In this document: piece after piece, positions 27,226 to 40,126 of the stretch
How positions within the stretch are numbered: the first letter of the stretch is position 1
How the letters are laid out: each line of letters starts with the position of its first letter
NCBI GenBank assembly: GCA_000708835.1
Contig: DF237417.1
Span: 9,999-73,998, forward strand
Source of the DNA: Klebsormidium nitens
Lineage: Eukaryota; Plantae; Klebsormidiophyceae
Direction of reading: 5' to 3'
DNA: 64,000 bases
Position numbers and translations under genes: made by a program
The notes under the pieces: generated by a model
Database searches by the model: none
Told to the model about the DNA's origin: nothing
What the model saw: the letters and a program-made list of their open reading frames with translations, nothing else

Positions 27226-29868
27226 ATGATTGGGTCATTCATCACAAGGGGCGCTATGTGAGTGTCTTAACTCAGGGTTGTGTGGCTTCAATACTCAGGT
27301 CTTTCAACATATAGGTTTGTTTGTGAGTCATAAGCTTTCTGTGAAAGGCCAGCATCCAGAAACTCTGAATGTTCCTCTAATCAGTATGCTGCATTCTCAA
27401 TTGAGATTGTGTAATGCTTGCTCACAATCTGTCCTCTGCATGCTCTGAGTTGCACTGCTCAAGTGAGCTGCCACCTCACACACTCTCTTCCGCTTCTGAG
27501 GCCAATGTATGCATGCCTTCAGCATGTGACTACGACATTGAGGCTCCTTTTGAGGGGCTTGACCGCAGTGTTTGTTCATACGAGCTTTCTGGAAGCCCGT
27601 CTCGTTGGTGCGAAATCGCCTGACAAAAGAGCGTTGTGCCGCAGAATGGCGTTAGGGTACTTGTACCCTGCCTATGAGTGCTACAAAGCTGTGGAGAAGC
27701 CCCGCCCAGACATGGACCAGTTGCGATTCTGGTCGCAGTACTGGTGAGCACGTTCTCCTTAGCTTATGGCAGCATTGCGGAGCTTGTGACGCCATTAGGT
27801 GCACCTCCTGTCACGATGAGATAGCTCTCCGAAACAGCATTTCACTGCCACTTCTTGGGTAATTGTAAGGCCGCATTTGTGAGTAAGCAACATTCTCTAC
27901 TCGTTGCAGCTTTCTTTGTATCAGGGCTTTGTGGGAAGCTCTTGCCATGAAGCTCTTGTCTCCATCTTTCAGGGTGATCATGGCTGTCATCACGGTCTCA
28001 GAGAGAGTAGCTGACGTCTTCATTGCATGGTGAGAAGCCGAGCAGCCACGGACTGCATCCATTCTTCTTCCTAAAGCTCAAAGTTCATCCTCTAAAACGT
28101 CAAGAGACTGCATGTTTAAACAAGCCCCATGGGTTGTTCAAGAACGTCCCTTTCCGGTACCATCGCTTGATGCCTGTACCAGCTTGGATCTTGATGATGT
28201 CACCTAAGCACGGTAAGGAAGGTGCATGTAGTGCGCCCCAGGATTCATTGACTGCTATTGATCACCAAAAGCCTTCTGCAAGTCTTGTGCAAACTGCCCC
28301 TTCGTTGATATTGGTGCAGGATTCCAATGTACTGCGAAGCTAAACTGGCCTTTATTGTGTACCTCTGGTATGACAAGACAAAGGTATGCTAGAAGCTTTT
28401 CCCCCTTCTTCTGCGTTGTGATATCAGTCAAGTGAAAAAAGTTGTCAGTTTTTGATTCTGTGAGCATGTATCCCAATCATTTTGTCCTGTTCGTCTTAGG
28501 CTCTGCTGGACGAGTCGTTGAGCAAAAGTTGTGGACTACAGTGGCTCACCACATGTTTTAGTTCAAATGGGCACAACCCAGCGTTTGATACTTCTTCAGC
28601 CTCCCACGGAGTCGTTACAAACCTTCTGCTTTCGTAGATATGTGATTGCAATCCTAACATTCAGAGACTTTGATCCAGTGTATCGGAGGTCGTTCTTGTT
28701 TCAAGGGATCTTTTAGGACGATCCTGTGCAATTGTTTCTGTCTGAACAAAGCCCTTCAGGTGACTTCATGAATTGCATCTTCTCCTAGCGGCATGCAGAG
28801 TGCTTGTTTGAGACATTGCATAGATCTGGAATGATACAAACCGGTCAGCAGATCACTTTTGAAGTTTCTGATGCAACTTCGGCCCTCGACTGATTCCATT
28901 GACTGGGGCCAACACAGTTCACCAGGTTCTGAAACCTTTCTGCTCCAACCTTCCTGCAGGGCACGACGTACATCTACCAGCAGTTCCTGAAGCCGGTGCT
29001 GACTCAGCACGAGCCCGAGATCGACCGCCGCCTGCACGAGCTCAAGACGCGCGCGGGGGACGTCGCGCTCGAGTATTGGCGGCTGGGATACAACTACGCC
29101 TACGGAAAGGTTCTTATGCTGCTCACGCAGGGGTCGCTGCAGCCGCCCCCGCCCCCGCAACAGGACTACAGGGCGCAGCCGCCACCCCCGCCGAGGGTAA
29201 GGGGCTGTGCTTTTTCGTATGGATGTTAAGTAAGAGACTTTTTGGTGGGTCGGATCATGGAGATTTTGGAAGATGGCAGCGGTTTGGAGTTGCGGCAACC
29301 AAGAAGGTGTGGGATCAGGCAAGGATGCGAAATGCACCAGTGCGATGCACCTTCTTCTTCTCCAATCGCGTTTGCGGCTGCGAGGACTTTGGCAGGTTTG
29401 GTTTGCTTGGGTTGATGCGAGACTTGAGGGCGTTTTGTTGGTCCTGCCTTGTTCCCTTTTGCTGGACGGGTGCAAGAGGCCGCGTCAGGTACGGACAGTT
29501 CCTGTTGTTTGCTAAGATAGCCTGCTCAAACATTAACTCTCAGCTCCTCATCTTGTCAACTACTGTTACGTCCCTGCATATTTTCAGGGTCCGCCCGCAT
29601 TCTTGAGACAAACACATCCGTAGACCCTCCGATCCTGTAATCGTTATTCCTTGCGTCGATAGTCCTCCGTTGCTAAGTCGTCAACTTGATGCAGGAGTAT
29701 GGCCGGCGCACTCGGGACAGGGCGTACCCGTCATACGTGGTCGAGAACGACGGCTCCGATTACGAGGTCGTCGAGCCAAACGAGCCGGAGCCAATGGATG
29801 CAGCAGATTACGCGACACCTACACCTGTGACACGCAACGTCCGCCAGCGAGCAAACCGTCAATATTGA
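27226..29868 (+). CDS. HVA22-like / REEP family protein. Exons: 27226-27257, 27645-27743, 27973-28029, 28320-28383, 28960-29196, 29695-29868
   Basis: MIGSFITRGAIMALGYLYPAYECYKAVEK..QLRFWSQYW..IPMYCEAKLAFIVYLWYDKTKGTTYIYQQFLKP..HEPEIDRRLHELKTRAGD matches the TB2/DP1/HVA22 family. The last exon is less certain. Confidence 0.92.
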
Positions 29869-30854
29869 CCTCAAAAGCTAGGTCGACGAAAGTAGAACTA
29901 CAAGCCATGGGGCACAGTCGGTTAGAAGTATACGAATGAAAGTCAAGCTCCGTGCATTCCGTTATGACAACACATAAGGCAAACAAAGGAGGGAAGAAAA
30001 TGTAGTATGTACAGTACCGTTCGATTAGAAACTTCAGTTCCTTAGCCAAATGTAGTCCTGTACATAGTGACCTCATCAAGTCAAGTGGAAGTAAGCGACA
30101 ATATGATGCAGCATACGGTAGATTGTGCCTCGATATGTGCTTGAACCTGGCATGTGTCGAAGACTTCTATCATGTATACTTGAAGCAATGACGTATGCAT
30201 GACGTTCCAGGACTCGAGTCCCTAGGTTTCAATGCATGTGATGTCGCCCGCAGGCGGCCACGGCCCAATTTGTCTATACTGGTATCGTACTGCTATAGAA
30301 CTAGAGATCAAGCTAGCTAATTGAATCTATATCTCATGTATAGGATCAAGCGCGAATTCGTCAGCTTGTGCACATATATGCATGCATTCAGCTAGCTAGG
30401 CTGTCAATATGCATGCGCTAGCTAGTGCAGCCATGCATGTGCACTCATTCTCTGAGAAATCCGCATGCAGGCGACAGCCGCATTGCCTGCGCGGCGCGGC
30501 CCCGCTTACTAAACTCAAGCTAGCAATTCGAGTTGAGAAAGATGATATATACCATTGATGATATCCCGCGCCAGCATAAGTACGCGAGACTACATCATCA
30601 AACGCAGTGTAAACCAATTTCAAGCAAGAATGTACGGTATGCCAAATCAAGGACAACATGAAGTGCAGAGCATGCATATATGCAATCAAGCCTATTGACG
30701 GACATTGAACCCTGCCTTACCAGCTTGGGCATAATTTCACTGATGAATTGAATAGGAGACCAGCAGAGCTTTCAGAGAGTAAACCGAGCTGCGCCCGAAA
30801 CACTTGAATTCAAAGAATGAAATCTACATTAGACTCCGAACCTCGACTGCTTGA

Positions 30855-33800
30855 TCATAACCACTGGTTTTTCAGCTGGTTACGGTGCGCTATCGCTGCA
30901 GAAACAACGATTGCGCCCACAAGAATGAGGATCGTGAGCACTAGGAGAGCATAACTAAAGTCTTCCGTGAGGAGGTCGTAGGTTTTGCTGGGGGCGGTGC
31001 GCATGTAGTAGAGATCGATCCCATACGCGAACATAAGCGAGTTGGACTCAAGTCGGGCGGGCGCTGTCGCGATGCCGCGAAGGCCCTCGACCTGCAAGCA
31101 ACGCCGATGCAAAATCGTTACAAAACAGCCTGGTTTAAAGATGTCGGTTGTTAGCCAAAATCGCTTCCAGCTTGTTTCGTCATTTAGGGGGACCACTGGC
31201 CCCACTTGTGGGGTCTGTATAACAAGATTGTAAGCGTGAACTCCGTGCCATTTCCAACCCCAGCTACGCCAAACTCACCACTTCACCTCAGAACTCCATT
31301 CTCAACCGTGCTTCAAAGACGTTCCTCGAACTTTGAATGGTATACATGCGTGAATGCTCTCCGGGTCATCACCAAGCCCGGATGCACCTTCTGTATGAAA
31401 GCTCCCTCTGTGGATGCTACTTAGATGAATAGCATTCTTAGACCTTCAAGGGGACTTCTGTAGAAAGATGTACAGGTCAGAATGATGGACCGGGCACTCC
31501 TCGGGGGACGGCCTCATCTGGTGGTTGTGCCTGATGAAGAGGGGCGGTAGGGATGGTAGCACGTCCCAGTGCGTTTGAACACTTTCTCAAAAGTTATGAA
31601 ACTTGATAAGGTAGAACCAATCCGGGTGAAATCAGAGCAACGAGACTCCTCGAGAAACGGGCTCATCTGGTGGTTGCGTTTGATAAAGAGGGGCGGTAGG
31701 AAGGGCAGCGCCTCCTGGACTCTTGAAAAGTTTTCCAGGAGCTCTAAAACTTGATCGAGCAAGAGTAGTCCGGGTAAAACCGATACATCGAGACTCCTCG
31801 AGCAACGGCACTTGGTGGTTGTGCGTGATGAAGAGGGGCGGTAGAAAGCAGCGCCTCCCAGACTTTTGAACAATTTCATAGAAGCTAACATGATTTGAGT
31901 GAATAGCCCGGGGAAAGCCAAAGAAAATGAGACTCCTCGACAAACGGGCTCGCCTGGTGGTTGTGCGTGATGAAGAGGGGAGGGACAAAGGGCAGCGCTA
32001 CTGGTCTAAGGACTTTTCTTTCAGAAGCTTCCACACATGATGGATTAAGAAACGGGCTCACCTGGTTGTTGTGCGTGATGAAGAGGGGCGGAAGGAATGG
32101 CAGCGCCTCTCGGTACTGGATGAGGCCCTCCTCCTGGTCTTGGGGCGTGACCACCTCGGGCCGGCGGGGGTCCACGAAGCGACGGTCCAAAGCCACGATC
32201 TGAAAGTGAGGAACATAGAAAGTGAATGAAAAATGCAACCTATGAAAACAAAGTGCAAGTTTCAGCCGCACTGTCCGTTGGAACATGGAAGAGTAATGTT
32301 AGTGGGGCCGGCAGGGGTCCACGAAGCGACGGTCCCGAGCGACAAATTGCAAAGGGGAACCAAGAAAGTGTAACAAGCTGTAGAAAGCAGCAATCGTCAA
32401 AATTCTTGATAGAAAGCTTTTTGACTGAACATACGAAAGACTTCAAGCGGGCCGGCAGGGTCCCCGCGGCAAAAGTCCAAAGCCACAATCTGGAATATCC
32501 GAGGAGTAGGAGAAGCTCCGAAGTATTGGAAAAGAATGTCGCGCTTTACAGTAGAGAGGTATTAGTGGACGGAGGGAAGGCTGAAGGGCGGTAGCTCCGG
32601 AAGCGAGGGTCCACAGTCACAACCTGGAGAATGAAACTCAAGAGAGTGGAAAGCTGGGAAGTATGAGAAGGATTCGCATATGGGAGCCGCAATGTTTGTT
32701 GAGATGGGGATTAAAGTGGGGTAGACTTAAGAGGCCAGCAGAGGTCTATAGGAGGTCCAGTGCTATATCTGGGAGGGGAGTAGAAGCGTCAAGACTTGAA
32801 TAACCAAGTCTTGTCACAAAATCCGCAAAAACCGCACGAGTTGGAGTCTGCTAGCAAGATCAATATCTACTGTAATAACCTAGCAAATGAAATAGGGGGC
32901 GATACAAAGAGGGAACAGGGGAATAGATTCAATAGAAGGCGATGCAATCAGAGGAAACAACTTCCAAAGACAATCCAGAGATTCCTCACCTGGTCCGAGC
33001 TCGTCCCGATCAGTACCTGCTTCCCTGTGATCCCCTTCGCGGTTAACGTAACCGCCATCATCTTAACCGTCTGAGGGAAGAAGTACGACTGCGCCACGAC
33101 TTTGATTGGGGGGGGCGCGAGCGAAGACACTGGGACAGTCACGTTGGACCCCCCGAAGAGTGCGCCCAACACGTCGATTTTCTCGGAGTCGTGAGACTCG
33201 TCGAACATCTCGAGGGCGGAGATCTCGGGGCGGAAAGCGCGCGCGTTGAAGTAGCTGTATGCGATCCAGTTCTCACTGAACACGCCAGACACGGGGCCCT
33301 GCACAAGTATCGAAAGGTGCTTCCTACTAATCCAATCACCGAACTCGCTTCTTACGGTGTTGCTTCCCTTTATTGTTTCTGTCTTAAAGGAGCTCTGAGG
33401 ACCCAGTTCTCGCCGCGGGCGCCACAAGCGAGACGCTGCGGGCGAACAAACTAACTTTGTTTGAACCTGCTTCATTTACCAGGTGTCACGTGCAAACTTT
33501 CGTGTTTTCGTAACGATAGTCGTCCAGTTCTTCGCACAACACAGAGCTACGAAAGCGGCCTGAATACGAACTTCTCGTTGCGTTTAGAGTCTTTAAGAAT
33601 GAGAACGGTAGAATAACAGAGTTCCTTTAAGCTGCTGACCACAGACACCGCTGGCTCGAAGTTTCGTCCGCAACACCATCATCTCTTTCTCATGCATTCT
33701 CTGTGGTGCCATGCGTTGCTCCCCGTTACGTCTTCTGCAATCAAACAGTCCCGAACTGCTAGCCAGGACGTCTCTACCCATTGAGCTCAAGCGTAGATGA

Positions 33801-36800
33801 CACCACTAAGACGTGGGCTCACCTGTGCGTTCTGGTGCGTGACCCGGTACAGGACGCGGCCGGTGACGGTGTCAAGCAGGTAGGCGACCACGGAGCGCTC
33901 GTCGACTGGCTTGGAGGACTCGTCTGGCGTGGTGGTCGCCACGAAGATGGTGTTGCGGTTGAGGTACTTGTGGAGGACCTGGTGGTTGCCCAACATGCGC
34001 AGCTGCAGAGAAGGAACAATTGGTGTTTTTAAGGACCCGAGCACAGGAAGTAAGTAGAAGTTCGCCGCTGATCTCTAAACCTTCTCTCTTCTTGTTGCCT
34101 CCCTTATTGACATGACATGTTCCAAAAACGGTAAGGCATTTCCATTCGCAACCGTATTGGCCGAAACCCTTACCGGGTTGACCGCGTTGACCGAGACCAA
34201 AACTTGAGCGACTAACCCCCTACTAACCCCCGCAGAATTCCTGCTTCGAACACGAAAATTTTAGAACCCCATACTAAACCCTTCATTGCAGAATTTCCAA
34301 GGGGGAGGACATTCTAGTTATCAGCTTTCTTTCCTCGCCTCCTTCTCTGTGCAGGCCCGACGTTGCCTGCTGCGTGTCGTCTTTCCTTAGCTTTTACATG
34401 TCGACTCTGGTTGCAATCCCTGTGCTCGCTGTTCTTGTTCACGAAACTCATCCGACTCATCAAATCACCGCTTCTCATCAGGAGAAACCAGAACAGTTCC
34501 AATGTAAACGGCAAAATCGACTTACCTGCGAGTGAACGCTCTCTTCCGGCCGCCTCCCAAAGACCGCCGCAATCTGCTCCGTCTCTTTTGGGAACACAAT
34601 GCTCCATAACTCCACCGACGAAGCCGCGGGGGATCCCTCGGAGCGTCCGGCGCTGTCCGGTGCTTGCAGGACATAGCCGGTGATCGTGCCCGCTTTCTTG
34701 TCCACCCTGGAGGAACGGAAAGCAGATTGGTAAGTGCGGAACGGAACCGGAAAATGAAGGGCGGAACACGGTTGAAGCCAAGGGGGATCCCTCAGAGCGT
34801 CCGGTGCTGTCCGGTGCTGCAACATGCAGCCGGCTGTGCCCGCTTCCTTGTCCACCCTAAAGGAAAGGAAAAGCAAACTTGCTGAGCGGAAAGGAACGAA
34901 ACGGAATGTGGAGTACTGTTGTAGGGCGTTCGTGCTTGCAAGGGGTGGCTAGTGACTGTGCTGGAAACGTTGATGGCTTATTATTGAGAGGTTCAGGGCC
35001 GTTCAAGGGCACGAAAATGTCATCATGGGCAGCTGAGAGTTTGCAGCGAGAAGCCACTGATCGTGGGCCCTTTCACTTGAAAAAGCAAATTTAAGGTTGC
35101 TTAGCACTGGAGCGCTTTTCATGGATCGAGTCTCATCTACTGAATATGCCGGCTTGATAAATCGCCCGACATCGACTCGATTGAAGTGGGTAGAACTAGG
35201 AACTCCTTCCATCTTGCTTGGTTCACGGACGGCCAAGCCTGTGCTTTTTAGACATTGCAGACATCCTTCCGTCCACTTCGTGAGAAACTAACTCTTCCTG
35301 CATGAGCTAGGAAAGATGCACTGGCAAAGCGACCCCCCGACTCACTTGTAGTAGAACGTCTTGCCCAGCAACCGCTCCCGGAAAAGCGCCCCCGCCTCCG
35401 CCGTCCCCGGCACCACGTGGGCTCCCCCCTCCGGGTCTACCAGCAGCACGAGCCGCTGTTCCGCCGGATCCTTCAACGGAAGCGGAATCACTTGGCTGAC
35501 TTCAAATCCTAAGCTCTGTTTCCGGAGCACTGCGCCAGTGTGGCCATTCACCCAGATCATCTCCCCCTCCCCGCCAAGAACCATAATCTCAGGGGGAGTG
35601 CGCGGAGAGGACGGAGTGCGTGAGAGGAAGAGTCGTTGGGGCGATTTCGTGAGGGGTGGGGTCGACCAGATAACGCGGCCGTCCCCCGTGTGGAGTCCCA
35701 GGACTTTGCCGCAGGAAGTCAGGACGACAATCAGGCGGCGGAAGCCGTTGTGGTCCATTGTGACCTTCATCTTCTCCGCGGAAAACTTGCGGGCGTTGGC
35801 GAGCTGCTGCTGCTCCTCTTCGGACGCCAGAAACAGGGTCACCTGCAAATTCGAGAGTATATGTGGTGCTTCAGCAAACTTGGTTAAAGAGAAGGTCAAT
35901 GATGAAACCTTCATCTTCTCCGCGGAAAACTTGCGGGCGTTGGCGAGCTGCTGCTGCTCCTCTTCGGATGCCAAAAATAGGGTTACCTGCAGATTCAGCA
36001 ACATATGTGGAGATTAAGCACGTACCTGCGGACTTGGTTCAAGAGGAGGTCAATGATCGAGTTTTCAACTTTTCTTACGGCAAGTCTGCGGGCCGTTGGA
36101 ATCTGCTGCTGCTCCTTTCGGACGCCGGAAACACGGTTGACTGCCGATTTAGAGGTTCACATGGCAAGCCAGGAGCAAAGTTCCTAACTGAGATCTTTCA
36201 AACAACTCTGAAAGAATGCACTATGTGGTTTGTAACAGAATCACAAGGGGTTCCAAAGAGGCAAGCAACAACGACGGGTTACCTGCTAAAGACACACTCG
36301 TCTCAGCAGATCAATCTGCTGTGTCGAAAGTGGAACGCAAAACTTGACACAGCGACGTCTTGCTGGACCGCACTCAAGAAATGCGAAAGCTTGGAGTCGT
36401 GAGAATCGTCTTCCCTGGAAGAAGATAATCCAACTTCTCCTCTAGCCCCACCCTTGCAGCCAGGAGCTACTTTTTTCTCACTCCTCGATGCCATGAAGTA
36501 GTGCGCCTTCATGCCAGTTTTATCCAAGGCGTTCGCAACAGCACTTCGGAACACATTAGCTATCCAACTCATTTACACGACCGGTAGAATCTCACACACA
36601 ATGGGAACGACACCTTTTTAAAAGAACCTTCATCGAATCCGACCCACCTTTGCGGCGAGCAGCTGGAGCTTGACCCACTCCTCGATGCCCTCCTCCACAC
36701 GCTTCACGGCGCTCTCCTCGTCAGGGGGTAGGTTCACAAACTGCACTCCGACCACCCCCGCGAGCGCCTCCTCTCGCGCCCACACCACTTCCCCCTGCTG

Positions 36801-39800
36801 CAGTAAAGCGAGCGAGTCGTCCCCCCCCACCGCAAGAAACCTGTACCCCCACGTCCCGTCCTTCTTCAGATAGGGGTTGAGAAACACCCGCGAGAGGCCC
36901 CCGTGGTTACCCCCCCACTGCACACTCTCCGACTTGGAAACCACGTCCCCGGACTCGCAGCTGAGGACCTGCGCGGAGAGGAGATCGCCGCCGCCTCCCG
37001 GGGGAGTAGTGAGTGCTGCGACCACGGCTGGGTCTGTGAGCGAGTCCGACAGAACGAGACCCCCCTCGGACGGAGAAAGAACCGCCGTGCGTGACGGATG
37101 CCCGGTCTTTTCGTCAATCTTCAAAAGCACCACGCCGGCGCCGGTTGACAGCGCAACCGCGTTTCCGCTAACCCCCGGAAGCAGCTCCGCGCGGCCCCCT
37201 CGCGGGAGTTTGAACGGAAGCAGGTCTGCGGCGGACGCCTCAAACCCGGCAGACCTCTCCAGGGAGTGCGTAACGAGAGTGAGACCGTCGGAAGAGAGCG
37301 CCGCTACGTAGCCGTTTGCGAAGACGAGCGACTTGGTCGAGAGGGGTTGGAGGGGCTCGAATTCCATATGGGCCTTGTGGATGGCCTCCTCTTTGGTTTC
37401 CGAGGGGAAGTCGAAGGAGAGGATGGCGAGCTTGGAAGCCGCAGTGCCTTCCACGCCCAGGAAGCCGGCGGCGAAGAGGCGCTTGGCGGAGGGGTCGGCG
37501 TGCAGCTTTTGGATGCGGATGTCGCTGCAGTTTTGAGAATTTACTTTTGAGTTTTAGAATTTGATATTGAAGGTAGAATGGTCATGTAGCGCTTCAAGCG
37601 ACAGCAAAGGTGCAGTTTGACACGGTGTGAAGTGTCTTGACAGGTACGTTAGTGAGCAACTTAGGTTCCAGAAGATTGAAAAGTTGAGACCGCAAAGCTC
37701 TCAAAAACTTCGAAGTCTCTTGGGACCCGAGAGCTTAGCGGATGTTCATGGCAGGAGCGCACTTGTTCAAAGTGGAGCCATCAGAAGCAAAGAATCAACG
37801 TTTGCAAAGGTTCTCTAGGCGGCCGAGATATCAGAAGGGGTACATAAACCTTTTAAAGCTGCTAAGCACTTTGTACTCCGCAAATCCACCTATCTGGTCA
37901 GCAGTCTCCATTTCATGAACTGCCAATTCTTCCACGATAATCAAAAGATAGTGAGCGAAGCTTACGTGAGCATTCGGGTCCTCCACAGGAGCTCCCCCGA
38001 AAGTGCCGAGTAGACAAAGACGTTGTTCCCAGCCAGAATCGCAACATCGTTTGCACCGTCGCCGTCCCAATCAAACTGCGGAGAGAGGTGCATGTCTCGT
38101 GACCAATCTTCGGAAAACGCGGCCTTGTGCCTTGAGACACTGCTTGCTTGGTTGGAAAATGTTGACGTTTTGCTGATAAGTCCACTTTTAGACGAATTTT
38201 GAAAAGATTGTTCCGATCCAATCTTCGGTCTAAGCTCCTGCAATTTGATTCATCAATGCAGCACACACATTCCAATCATGACAACTTTAGTGTCTGGCTT
38301 CAATAAGAAGCATAGTACGACACTCACCGACAACAGGCCAATGTCCACCGGTGCATCAGGATCCTCCTTTGAGGACGACTGTGGTGCAACTTCCCACAAG
38401 AGGACCCCATCATTCGGGTTCCAGGACCGGACGTACTTGCCATCGCCAGATATTGTGATGATAGCTGCAAGGGACAAATGGCAAATGTTCTTACGCCCTC
38501 ATTCTCAAATCCGGGACTTTCTACATATTCTACGTTAAACAATCAGCTTGACAATCCAAGATCCTACCATATGTTGCAACCCAGATCAGAAGGCTTCTTC
38601 AGAAGACTGGATACTACGGATCGAAGTGTCCACAAAATCCTTAGTAGTAAGCAGACAAGCAAGCATGGATCATTGCAGAAAATGTTCAAATGTCGTTACT
38701 CACTCCTCCCTGCACTCTCCAATGTCTGAATAGAGTCACCCTCGCCCAACAGATGGCGCCAAGCTGCAAAAGAAGAGCAGGAAACATGAGACGTTCCTGT
38801 GTTTACGAGGTTGGCTTCGTCTTTCTCACATGTGAAGGAATGGTAAAAGAAGACCAGAGCAAGCCTCCGTTGACAATAACGACGCCCTTTGAAGACTGTG
38901 CAGCTTCTCCACAAAAAGCAGCACCACTCAGGTGCATTCTGGCTGATATTTACAGATGATCGGACGCTAGTGAAGATTGGAGACGGCATCAAAGCTACCG
39001 CCTTGCTCGACTAAGAACCGTACCCTTCCGTGCCACCCTCTACCACCACCGTATCACCCGTTGAACATTCGCGGCGACAAATAATCATCAACAATGCAGA
39101 ACAGTCGATTAGTCGATACTCAGTTGGTCGTACCAATCTGTCCCGTCCGCAGATTGAGAGCCGCAAGGGCATTCTGCTCAGTCGCCACAAAGACGCGTTT
39201 CTTCTGTGTCCCCGAGGAGAAGACGGCGCTCTTCACACGCCCCACGTACTGCTGGTGCCTGCTCGTGCAGGCACACAAAACTAGGCGTCAGGAATAATTT
39301 GAAACCAAGTTGGCTAAACCCTCTTCTTCCTTGTGTTGTTCTTGAAAGACCCCCCAATGATCACCAAAGAAAAAGAAAATAAACAGAATACAAAGCACTG
39401 ATTACAACGAAAGTTCTACCGTAAGCTTGAATTAGCAACGTGGACAGGGGGACTGCGCTCGTCAAATCAACCTGCATTTGGTCGGAAAGCAGGCTAACAA
39501 CCCGCAGTATGTGCAGAAGTGCACCTCAAATGAGTAACTTCGACCAGGCGGATCAAAGTTAGCCAACGACATGACCTCTACATCTGAAAACCGGGTGCTA
39601 ATCAGTCTGTGTGACAAAAAACTTACTCAATGAAGTGGCAGAGCGAAGAAAGACACTCCGCTGACGAGAATGACTGAAACCACCACGCCTCATAATATCA
39701 GAAAGAGTGGACATTGTTCATGATCACGAGAGTATCACGTGCTACAATTTTGCAGTGTCACATACCCCTGATTATGCTGCGCAACACTTCTGCATTCTGA

Positions 39801-40126
39801 TCATCCGAAATGATCAGTCTGCATATTCGGAGAGAAAAGCCGCCAGCAATTGAACTGTAAGCTAAACAACATTGGCACCAAAGCTGCCGCGATCGAAGAT
39901 CAAGTTGCAATGCAAACAGCACCGAAGTAATCATCAAAGTCGCAACTTTGATTGTATGAGATATTCTAGGAGTGAACACCTAGTATCCAAACGACTTATT
40001 TTATGTCTATCATGTTGCTGCTTACCAGTCCCACATGCCAACTTGATCCTCAAACAAGCCCTGCGCTAGTGGGGCGACCACCAAGAAAACCGTCGCAATT
40101 GTGAAGAATTTTTGAGCGCCTGCCAT
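30855..40126 (-). CDS. EMC1: ER membrane protein complex subunit 1. Exons: 40126-40026, 39258-39134, 38763-38704, 38464-38328, 38075-37966, 37524-36648, 35842-35346, 34706-34526, 34002-33823, 33298-32990, 32199-32062, 31091-30855
   Basis: Signal peptide then LFEDQVGMWDWHQQYVG; DHNGFRRLIVVLTSCGKV; VLHKYLNRN; IVALDRRFVDPRRP; LESNSLMFAYGIDLYYMRTAPSKTYDLLTEDFSY plus a C-terminal TM helix. All phases are consistent. Confidence 0.95.
31490..32630 (-). repeat. Tandem exon-echo array on both sides of EMC1 exon 32199-32062
   Basis: Four copies of the exon 3' end plus donor region (about 31494, 31641, 31791, 31932) and three of the acceptor plus exon 5' end (about 32306, 32449, 32585). Period is about 140-150 bp. 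Confidence 0.9.
34640..34990 (-). repeat. Echo copies of the acceptor and 5' end of EMC1 exon 34706-34526
   Basis: ag|GGTGGACAAGGAAGCGGGCAC at 34856 versus the real ag|GGTGGACAAGAAAGCGGGCAC at 34706 (150 bp apart), plus a fainter copy near 34930-34970. Confidence 0.85.
35760..36145 (-). repeat. Three tandem copies of the acceptor and 5' end of EMC1 exon 35842-35346
   Basis: Exon starts at 35842 (real), 35986 (near-identical) and 36140 (frameshifted). Spacing is 144 and 154 bp. Confidence 0.92.

Noticed and set aside
31514-32286. Several ORFs that repeat LPFLPPLFITHNHQ, read as a repeat protein
   Set aside because: They are translations of degenerate intronic echo copies with frameshifts and stops.
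31490-32630. CRISPR-like repeat-spacer array
   Set aside because: The units are degenerate copies of the adjacent exon with related spacers, in a eukaryotic intron, and no cas genes are present.
35361-37311. Long plus-strand ORFs (218 aa, 144 aa) over EMC1, and similar antisense ORFs over fibrillin, the 41.8-43.2 kb gene, GST and the P450
   Set aside because: These are shadow frames of GC3-rich coding exons.
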